From an uncultured Acidimicrobiales bacterium (GTDB lineage Bacteria; Actinomycetota; Acidimicrobiia; Acidimicrobiales; VFJN01): a stretch of DNA of 64,000 nt. A program made the translations under genes and the position numbers. The DNA lies in contig CAVTKS010000002.1 in NCBI GenBank assembly GCA_963735375.1, positions 68,569-132,568 on the forward strand. Direction: 5' to 3'. The notes below the pieces were generated by a model. The model saw nothing but the letters and a program-made list of their open reading frames with translations, was not told the DNA's origin and ran no database searches. Numbering within the stretch: position 1 is the first letter of the stretch; each line of letters opens with the position of its first letter. This document shows, in pieces, positions 57,057 through 64,000 of the stretch.

Positions 57057-57929
57057 ATGGCGCTCTACGAGCTGATCGAACAACCCGACCTCGATGAGCC
57101 GCTGCTCGTGCTCGCGCTCGAGGGCTGGATCGACGCGGGCCTCGCGGCCGCCGGTGCCGCCGAGGTGCTGTCCGACCGGCTCGACACGGTCACGGTCGCC
57201 CGGTTCTCGACCGACGACCTGCTGGACTACCGCGCCCGCCGCCCGATCGCGCACCTGGCCGACGGCGTGCTGCGCGGGCTCACGTGGCCCGACATCGAGC
57301 TGCGGGCGGCGACCGACGGCGACGGCAACGAGATGCTGCTGCTCGTGGGCGCGGAGCCCGACAGGTTGTGGCACCAGTTCACCGACGAGGTCGTGACGCT
57401 GGCGCTCGACTTCGGCGCCCGCATGTGCGTCGGCCTCGGTGCCTACCCGTTCGCCGCGCCGCACACCCGGTCGCCCCGCGTGGCCTGCACGGCCTCGACG
57501 CCCAGACTGGCCGAGGGCACGTTCCTCAAGGCGTCGCTCGACTTCCCCGGCGGCATCCAGGCCGCCATCGAGCAGGGCTGCGACGAGCGCGGCATCCCGT
57601 CGGTGGGCCTGTGGGCACAGATCCCCCATTACGTGCCGTCGGCGATGCCGTTCCCCGCGGGCAGCGTCGCCCTCATCGAGAGCCTGAGCCTGCTCGGCGA
57701 CCTGGCGTTGCCGCTCGGCGACCTGTCGGCCCGCGCCGACGCCACCCGTTCCCGGCTCGACGAGCTCATCGCGCAGAACCCCGAGCACGTCGAGATGCTC
57801 CACCAGCTCGAGGTGGCTTGGGAGCAGTCGGAGCGGCCCGACGAGCCGATCGGCATCTCCGATCTGCCCACAGGCGACGAGCTGGTGGCCGAGCTCGAGG
57901 AGTTCCTCCGCGACCAGCGCCCGGACTGA
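57057..57929 (+). CDS. PAC2 (proteasome assembly chaperone 2-like) family protein
   Basis: LLVLALEGWIDAGLAAAGAAEVL N-terminal signature. 290 aa. Stop TGA 57927-57929 lies inside the first tandem-repeat unit. Confidence 0.75.
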   Translation: MALYELIEQPDLDEPLLVLALEGWIDAGLAAAGAAEVLSDRLDTVTVARFSTDDLLDYRARRPIAHLADGVLRGLTWPDIELRAATDGDGNEMLLLVGAEPDRLWHQFTDEVVTLALDFGARMCVGLGAYPFAAPHTRSPRVACTASTPRLAEGTFLKASLDFPGGIQAAIEQGCDERGIPSVGLWAQIPHYVPSAMPFPAGSVALIESLSLLGDLALPLGDLSARADATRSRLDELIAQNPEHVEMLHQLEVAWEQSERPDEPIGISDLPTGDELVAELEEFLRDQRPD

Positions 57930-58165
57930 GCGAGCGTCCCGAAGGGCGAGAGAGCGAGCGAGGCCCGAGCGGCCCGGCCGAAGGCCAAGAGCGGGGAACA
58001 CTGAGCGAGCGTCCCGAAGGGCGAGAGAGCGAGCGAGGCCCGAGCGGCCCGGCCGAAGGCCAAGAGCGGGGAACACTGAGCGAGCGTCCCGAAGGGCGAG
58101 AGAGCGAGCGAGGCCCGAGCGGCCCGGCCGAAGGCCAAGAGCGGGGAACACTGAGCGAGCGTCCC
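57926..58165. repeat. Perfect 75-bp tandem repeat, 3 full copies + 15-bp partial copy (MIRU/VNTR-like)
   Basis: Units start at 57926, 58001 and 58076 and are identical base for base. The partial unit is 58151-58165. Unit: CTGAGCGAGCGTCCCGAAGGGCGAGAGAGCGAGCGAGGCCCGAGCGGCCCGGCCGAAGGCCAAGAGCGGGGAACA. Confidence 0.97.
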
Positions 58166-58183
58166 TTGACCCGCCGGTCAAGG
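58164..58183. terminator. Hairpin CCTTGACC-CGCC-GGTCAAGG immediately after the repeat array
   Basis: 8-bp perfect stem and 4-nt loop, read directly. Could be a terminator for the PAC2 gene or an operator. It overlaps a TTGACC -35-like hexamer. Confidence 0.4.
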
Positions 58184-58196
58184 TGCGGAGTAGGTT
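58166..58196 (+). promoter_or_regulatory. Candidate promoter (TTGACC - 19 nt - TAGGTT) giving a leaderless transcript for the LLM gene
   Basis: The -10-like TAGGTT (TANNNT) ends 6 nt before ATG 58203, and there is no RBS. The spacer is 19 nt, longer than optimal. Confidence 0.35.
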
Positions 58197-58202
58197 GCGG
58201 CC

Positions 58203-59213
58203 ATGAAGATCGACGGGGGCATCCGAGGTGGGCTCGACCGGGCACAGGCAGCGGCCGCCGAGCTCGAGCGGCGCGGTTACGACGGCGTGATGACGGCCGA
58301 GACCAGTCACGACCCGTTCCTGCCGCTGCTGCTGGCCGCACAGGACACCGAGCGCGTCGACCTGATGACATCGATCGCCGTGGCGTTCGCCCGCAGCCCG
58401 ATGACGCTCGCGCAGACCGCGTGGGACCTGCAGGCGGGCTCGCAGGGGCGCTTCGTCCTCGGCCTCGGCAGCCAGATCAAGCCGCACATCACTCGCCGGT
58501 TCTCGATGCCCTGGTCGCACCCGGCGCCACGGATGCGCGAGATGATCCTGGCCATCCGGGCCATCTGGGCGTGCTGGAACGAGGGCACCAAGCTCGACTT
58601 CCAGGGAGACTTCTACACCCACACGCTGATGACCCCGTTCTTCAACCCGGGGCCCAACCCCCACGGCGACGCCCGCGTCTTCCTCGCCGGCGTGGGCGAG
58701 CTGATGACCGAGGTCGCCGGAGAGGTGGCCGACGGGTTCATCTGCCACGGCTTCACCACCCGTCGCTACCTCGACGAGGTCACGCTGCCGGCGCTCGAGA
58801 AGGGGCGGTCCAAGGCGGGCAAGACGATGGACGGGTTCGAGCTGTCGGGCCCGATGTTCGTCGTCACCGGGCGCGACGAGGCCGAGATGGCCGAGGCGGC
58901 CAAGGGCGTCCGGGGCCAGATCGCCTTCTACGGCTCGACGCCCGCCTACCGCAAGGTGCTCGACCTGCACGGCTGGGGTGACCTGCAGGACGAGCTGAAC
59001 CGCATGTCCAAGGAAGGTCGCTGGGCCGAGATGGGCGAGCTGATCGACGACGAGATCCTGGCCGAGTTCGCCGTGGTGGCACCGCTCGACGAGGTGGCCG
59101 CGGGGCTGCACGCGCGCTGGGGCGACGTGCTGGCCCGGCTGAGCTTCTACACCCCGTACGAGTCGGACTCGACTCCCTGGGACCAGGTGATCGCCGACCT
59201 CAAGGCGGCCTGA
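58203..59213 (+). CDS. LLM-class (luciferase-like) F420-dependent oxidoreductase-like protein
   Basis: 336 aa, TIM-barrel LLM pattern (GYDGVMTAETSHDPFLPL.., FVLGLGSQIKPHITRRF, FYGSTPAYRKVL). Confidence 0.8.
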   Translation: MKIDGGIRGGLDRAQAAAAELERRGYDGVMTAETSHDPFLPLLLAAQDTERVDLMTSIAVAFARSPMTLAQTAWDLQAGSQGRFVLGLGSQIKPHITRRFSMPWSHPAPRMREMILAIRAIWACWNEGTKLDFQGDFYTHTLMTPFFNPGPNPHGDARVFLAGVGELMTEVAGEVADGFICHGFTTRRYLDEVTLPALEKGRSKAGKTMDGFELSGPMFVVTGRDEAEMAEAAKGVRGQIAFYGSTPAYRKVLDLHGWGDLQDELNRMSKEGRWAEMGELIDDEILAEFAVVAPLDEVAAGLHARWGDVLARLSFYTPYESDSTPWDQVIADLKAA

Positions 59214-59245
59214 AACCGGCCGCTGTCGCGTCGCCGGCGGGCGGC

Positions 59246-60892
59246 TCAGGCGTCGACGAGGGCGAGCTGCCCGTCGTCGTAACGGCGCTTGCACAGCGAG
59301 CGCTGCAGCTTGCCCGAGCTGGTCTTGGGCAGGGTGCCGGGGGCGACGAGCACGATGTCCTTGGCCGGGACCCCGACGACCTCGCGCACCCGCTCGGCGA
59401 CGGCCTTGCGCACCAGCGCCAGGTCATCGGCCTTGGACTCGGCCACGACCACCAGGGTCTCGCGGTGCCGGTCGCTCTCCACGCCGAAGGCGATCACGTT
59501 GCCGGCCCGCACGCCGTCGAGCACGCCCACCGCGCGTTCGACGTCCTCGGGGAACACGTTGCGCCCCCCGACGATGATCACATCCTTGATGCGCCCGCAC
59601 ATCACCAGGCGGCCCTCGAGCATGTAGGCCAGGTCGCCGGTGCGCAGCCAGCCGTCCCGGAACAGGTCGGCGTTGGCGTCGGGCCGCTTGTAGTAGCCGG
59701 TGGTGACCGACGTGCCGCTGATCTCGAGCTCGCCCACCTCGCGGTCGCGCAGGTGTGCGCCGGTCTCGGGGTCGACGATGCGGATCTCGAGGCCCGGAAC
59801 GGCCCGGCCCAGCAGCGCCAGCCGGCGGCTGCCGTCGGCACCGGGATCGACGGGTGCGGCGTAGCGCTCGCTCTCGAGCACGCGGCGGTCGACGCAGTCG
59901 GTCAGCATGCCGGCGCCGGGCTCGGGGAAGGTGCCGGCGATCGCCACCTCGGCCATGCCGAAGGCGGGGAACACCGCTCCGGGCCGCAGGCCGTGGCGCC
60001 GACCGGCCTCGACGAACGCCTCGACCTGGTCGGGGTCGATGGGCTCGGCGCCGTTGAGCGCCACCCGCAGGCGGGACAGGTCGAGGTCTTCCGCCCGGTT
60101 GAGCGCCCGCGTGGCCAGCACGTAGCTGAAGTTGGGACCGGCGGTGGCCGTGCCGCCGTAGGTGGACAACCACTCCATCCACCGGGCGGGGCGGGCCGTG
60201 AAGTCCTGCGGAGCACCGAGGACGAGGGCCGTGCCGGTCGACATGGGCAGCGTCAACAGCCCGACCAGGCCCATGTCGTGGTAGAGCGGCAGCCACGACA
60301 CGAGCACGTCGTCGTCGGGGTCGAGCTGGGCGGCGACCTCGATGGCGTCGAGGTTGGCCCGCAACACCCGGTCGGGCAACATGACGCCCTTGGGGTCGGA
60401 CGTCGACCCACTGGTGAACTGCAGGATCACCAGGCGATCGGGGTCGTCGGGGGGTCGCGCCCATGCGGCCGCGTCGCCCGACATGAGGTCGTCGAAGCCG
60501 AGCATGGGCGGATCGCCCGGCTCGGGGGTGACGAAGGCCGCCAGCTCGGGGTCGACCACGCACACCCGGGCGTCCGCGTTGTGGATGCGCTGGCGGGTCT
60601 GGGCGACGAACTCCTCGATCGACGACAGCCGCATCGGCAGCGGCAGCACGACGATGGTGGCCCCGGCCAGCCAGGTGGCCTGGATCGCGGTGACCAGCTC
60701 GCGCGTCGTGGGAGACAGCAGTGCCACGTGGTCGCCGGGCCGGACGCCCCGGGCCTGCAGAGCGGCCGCGTAGCCCTTGGCCTGCTCGTGCAGGTCGCGC
60801 CACGAGACGACGTCTTCGGCCCCGCCGACCACGAAGGTGACGGCGGTGTCGCGCGCCGCGGCGCGCTCGAGGCGATGGAGGAGTGAGGGCAT
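59246..60892 (-). CDS. AMP-dependent synthetase / fatty-acyl-AMP ligase-like
   Basis: AMP-binding motif [16 protein letters not shown] and later ..GDLAY..GR.KD.. motifs. Start chosen at MPSLLHRLE (60892). ATG 60943 is also possible. Confidence 0.82.
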   Translation of the reverse strand: MPSLLHRLERAAARDTAVTFVVGGAEDVVSWRDLHEQAKGYAAALQARGVRPGDHVALLSPTTRELVTAIQATWLAGATIVVLPLPMRLSSIEEFVAQTRQRIHNADARVCVVDPELAAFVTPEPGDPPMLGFDDLMSGDAAAWARPPDDPDRLVILQFTSGSTSDPKGVMLPDRVLRANLDAIEVAAQLDPDDDVLVSWLPLYHDMGLVGLLTLPMSTGTALVLGAPQDFTARPARWMEWLSTYGGTATAGPNFSYVLATRALNRAEDLDLSRLRVALNGAEPIDPDQVEAFVEAGRRHGLRPGAVFPAFGMAEVAIAGTFPEPGAGMLTDCVDRRVLESERYAAPVDPGADGSRRLALLGRAVPGLEIRIVDPETGAHLRDREVGELEISGTSVTTGYYKRPDANADLFRDGWLRTGDLAYMLEGRLVMCGRIKDVIIVGGRNVFPEDVERAVGVLDGVRAGNVIAFGVESDRHRETLVVVAESKADDLALVRKAVAERVREVVGVPAKDIVLVAPGTLPKTSSGKLQRSLCKRRYDDGQLALVDA

Positions 60893-61020
60893 CACCCGTC
60901 CGACCTGCCCCCGCTGGAGCGCGTTACACATCCTTCGGGACATGTGACGTATGTCTCGTCCCCCACCAGGACCGTTTCGCCTTTCAGGGCACCGTCGGGC
61001 GCCCGGTACCCTTCCGGGTC

Positions 61021-63936
61021 ATGGCCGAGCCGACGTCGCCGAGCACCGAATCACAGGGGCCCGACATGCCCCCGCACCGCTACACGGCCACGCTCGCCGG
61101 GCACATCGAGACCACCTGGCAGGACCGCTGGGAGCGGGAGGGCACGTTCCTGACGCCCAACCCCGTCGGCGACCTGAGCGCCGGGTTCGACAAGGTCGCC
61201 GACCTGCCCAAGCTGTACGTGCTCGACATGTTTCCGTACCCCAGCGGCGCGGGCCTGCACGTGGGGCATCCGCTGGGCTACATCGGGACCGACGTCTTCG
61301 CCCGCTACAAGCGCATGACCGGCTACAACGTGGTCCACACGATGGGCTACGACGCGTTCGGCCTGCCGGCCGAGCAGTACGCGGTGCAGACCGGCCAGCA
61401 TCCCCGCACCACGACCGAGTCCAACATCGCCACGATGCGCCGCCAGCTCCGGCGCCTGGGCCTGGCGCACGACCTCCGGCGCTCGATCTCCACCATCGAC
61501 GAGGGCTACTACCGCTGGACGCAGTGGATCTTCCTGCAGATCTTCAACTCGTGGTACGACACCGACGCCGATCGCGCCCGCCCCATCGACGACCTGGTCG
61601 CCGAGCTCGACGCCGGGGCGCGTGAGCCCGGCGAGGGCACCAACCCGACCGGGCGTCCCTGGGCCGAGCTGTCCCCCACCGAGCGGCGGGTCGTCGTCGA
61701 CAACCACCGGTTGGCCTACGTGCAGGAGGCCCCGGTCAACTGGTGCCCCGGCCTGGGCACGGTGCTGGCCAACGAAGAGGTCACGGCCGACGGCCGCAGC
61801 GACCGCGGCAACTTCCCCGTGTTCCGCCGGCCGCTCAAGCAGTGGATGATGCGCATCACCGCGTACGCCGACCGCCTGATCGGCGACCTCGACGTGCTCG
61901 ACTGGCCCGAGCCCATCAAGCTGCAGCAGCGCAACTGGATCGGCCGGTCCGAGGGGGCCCAGGTCACGTTCCCGACCGTCGCACCCGACGGCAGCGCCGG
62001 CGCGGGCATCGAGGTGTTCACCACGCGGCCCGACACGCTGTTCGGCGCCACCTACATGGTGCTGGCGCCCGAGCACCCGCTGGTCGAGCAGCTCACCGCT
62101 GCGTCGTGGCCCGCGGACATCCCGGCCGAGGCCGTCGCCGCCTGGACGGGCGGCCACGCCACACCCGCCGAGGCCGTGGCCGCCTACCGCCGCCAGGCCG
62201 GCGCCCGGTCAGACGTCGAGCGGCAGGTGGAGACCCGCGAGAAGACCGGCGTGTTCGTCGGCAGCTATGCCACCAACCCCACGACCGGCCAGCCGATCCC
62301 GGTGTTCATCGCCGACTACGTGCTGATGGGCTACGGCACGGGGGCCATCATGGCCGTGCCCGCCCAGGACGAGCGCGACTGGGCGTTCGCCGAGGTGTTC
62401 GACCTGCCCATCGTGCGGACGGTCCAACCGCCCGAGGGCTGGGAGGGCAAGGCGTACGTCGGCGAGGGCCCGGCGGTCAACAGCGCCAACGACCAGGTCA
62501 GCCTGGACGGGCTGGGCGTCGCCGAGGCCAAGCACACGATCATCGAGTGGCTCGAGGCGCAGGGCGCGGGCACCGGCACGGTCACCACCAAGCTGCGCGA
62601 CTGGCTGTTCAGCCGCCAGCGGTTCTGGGGCGAGCCGTTCCCCATCGTCTACGACCCCGACGACGGCCTGCCCCGGGCGCTGCCCGACTCGATGCTCCCG
62701 GTGGCATTACCGCACATCGACGACTACTCCCCCACCACCTTCCCCGACGACGACGACACGTCCGTTCCCGTGCCCCCGCTGGCCCGGGCCACCGACTGGG
62801 TCGAGGTGGAGCTGGATCTGGGCGAGGGCGTCAAGACCTACCGGCGCGAGACGAACACGATGCCCCAGTGGGCCGGATCGTGCTGGTACGAGCTGCGCTA
62901 CCTCGACCCCACCAACGACAAGGCGTTCGTCGACCCCGAGAACGAGCGCTACTGGATGGGCCCGCAGTGGGACGGCGATTGCGGCGGCGTCGACCTGTAC
63001 GTGGGCGGCGCCGAGCACGCGGTGCTGCACCTGCTGTACGCCCGCTTCTGGCACAAGGTGCTGTACGACCTGGGGCACGTGTCGTCGTTCGAGCCGTACC
63101 GGCGGCTGTTCAACCAGGGCATGATCCAGGCCGCGGCCTTCACCGACCGGCGGGGGCTCTATGTCGACGCCCACGACGTGGTCGAGCGCGACGGCGCGTT
63201 CTGGCAGGGTGACGATCAGGTCAACCGCGAGTTCGGCAAGATGGGCAAGAGCCTGCGCAACTCCGTCACGCCGGACGAGATGTACGAGAGCTACGGGGCC
63301 GACACCCTGCGGCTGTACGAGATGTTCACCGGGCCGCTCGACCAGAGCCGCCCGTGGGAGACCAAAGCCGTCGTCGGCGTGTACAGGCTGCTGCAGCGCA
63401 TCTGGCGCAACGTGGTCGACGAGGACACGGGCACGATCACCGTGTCGTCCGACGCGCCCGATCTCGAGACGCAGCGGGCCCTGCACCGCGCCGTCGACGC
63501 CGTGCGCGACGGCATGGAGAAGATGCGCTTCAACGTGTCGATCGCCAAGATCACCGAGCTCAACAACCACCTGACGGCCCGCTATCCGTCCGGTGGCGTC
63601 CCCCGGTCGGTGGTCGAGCCGCTGGTGCTGCTGCTGGCCCCGCTGGCGCCCCACATCAGTGAGGAGCTGTGGTCGCTCCTGGGCCACCCCGACTCGCTGG
63701 CCACCGAGCCGTTCCCCGTGGCCGACCCCGCGCTGCTGGTGGACGAGACGGCCGAGATCCCGGTCCAGGTCAACGGCAAGGTGCGCACGCGCGTGCACGT
63801 CCCGGCCGACGCCGACGCTGCCGCGCTCGAGACCGCGGCGCGGGCCGACGACAAGGTGGCGGCGCTGCTCGAGGGCACGACGGTCCGCAAGGTGATCGCC
63901 GTCCCGGGCCGTCTGATCAACTTCGTGGTGAGCTGA
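61021..63936 (+). CDS. leuS: Leucine--tRNA ligase
   Basis: ATG 61021. [16 protein letters not shown] (HIGH region) and [10 protein letters not shown] (KMSKS). 971 aa. Confidence 0.95.
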   Translation: MAEPTSPSTESQGPDMPPHRYTATLAGHIETTWQDRWEREGTFLTPNPVGDLSAGFDKVADLPKLYVLDMFPYPSGAGLHVGHPLGYIGTDVFARYKRMTGYNVVHTMGYDAFGLPAEQYAVQTGQHPRTTTESNIATMRRQLRRLGLAHDLRRSISTIDEGYYRWTQWIFLQIFNSWYDTDADRARPIDDLVAELDAGAREPGEGTNPTGRPWAELSPTERRVVVDNHRLAYVQEAPVNWCPGLGTVLANEEVTADGRSDRGNFPVFRRPLKQWMMRITAYADRLIGDLDVLDWPEPIKLQQRNWIGRSEGAQVTFPTVAPDGSAGAGIEVFTTRPDTLFGATYMVLAPEHPLVEQLTAASWPADIPAEAVAAWTGGHATPAEAVAAYRRQAGARSDVERQVETREKTGVFVGSYATNPTTGQPIPVFIADYVLMGYGTGAIMAVPAQDERDWAFAEVFDLPIVRTVQPPEGWEGKAYVGEGPAVNSANDQVSLDGLGVAEAKHTIIEWLEAQGAGTGTVTTKLRDWLFSRQRFWGEPFPIVYDPDDGLPRALPDSMLPVALPHIDDYSPTTFPDDDDTSVPVPPLARATDWVEVELDLGEGVKTYRRETNTMPQWAGSCWYELRYLDPTNDKAFVDPENERYWMGPQWDGDCGGVDLYVGGAEHAVLHLLYARFWHKVLYDLGHVSSFEPYRRLFNQGMIQAAAFTDRRGLYVDAHDVVERDGAFWQGDDQVNREFGKMGKSLRNSVTPDEMYESYGADTLRLYEMFTGPLDQSRPWETKAVVGVYRLLQRIWRNVVDEDTGTITVSSDAPDLETQRALHRAVDAVRDGMEKMRFNVSIAKITELNNHLTARYPSGGVPRSVVEPLVLLLAPLAPHISEELWSLLGHPDSLATEPFPVADPALLVDETAEIPVQVNGKVRTRVHVPADADAAALETAARADDKVAALLEGTTVRKVIAVPGRLINFVVS

Positions 63937-64000
63937 GCGGCCCGGACGCCCGGGACCGGCCGCCGTCACGGCGGTCCGAGCACATAGTCGTCGGCCCACC

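Noticed and set aside
57926-58165. Possible CRISPR array
   Set aside because: The repeats are directly adjacent with no spacers. The 75-bp unit is too long and no cas genes are nearby. It is a tandem repeat, not a CRISPR array.
56487-59294. 935-aa minus-strand ORF, including a repeated peptide across 57930-58160
   Set aside because: Antisense to the APH-like, PAC2 and LLM genes. The repeated peptide is simply the 75-bp DNA repeat read in a non-coding frame.
60944-61020. Possible T-box or leader RNA upstream of leuS
   Set aside because: The spacer is only 77 nt, with no specifier/terminator-antiterminator architecture recognisable.

Overview
Very GC-rich, actinobacterial-type chromosomal segment, gene-dense, with many start/stop overlaps. 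I saw no rRNA, tRNA, CRISPR array, transposase or integrase.

Core content:
- arfB, glyQS, recO, uppS.
- An AdnA/AdnB-like helicase-nuclease pair coupled to a DinG-like helicase.
- era, phoH-ybeY-corC, a fused AccD/AccA carboxyltransferase, hemW, rsmE.
- CIRCE-hrcA-dnaJ, lepA, rpsT, holA, comEC/comEA, leuS.

Main observations:
1. A Tad/Ssd-type ('helicase/secretion neighbourhood') pilus locus is split in two. cpaB-like + ssd-like lie at 29.4-31.5 kb and tadA-tadB-tadC-flp-tadE at 17.8-21.6 kb. A ~7.7 kb accessory block sits between them.
2. That block holds gene remnants and a LysR-divergent redox operon. The operon encodes an F420/NADPH-reductase-like protein, a CDGSH / 4Fe-4S / CDGSH / truncated-globin fusion, and a small alpha+beta protein. 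This looks like a self-contained electron-transfer chain for a truncated haemoglobin, and it is my best candidate for an undescribed system.
3. A second, orphan pseudopilin module lies at 37-41 kb: two TadE-like genes, a membrane pseudokinase with DxDGDG-type ectodomain, and a LysM protein.
4. A perfect 75-bp x3.2 intergenic tandem repeat (MIRU-like, in frame, each unit closed by TGA) lies at 57926-58165.
5. There are at least 13 apparent frameshifts, several at short G/C runs, and most are concentrated in 22.5-25.7 kb. I cannot tell from sequence alone whether they are assembly indels or real decay.

All family assignments come from motif recognition by eye; no searches were run.
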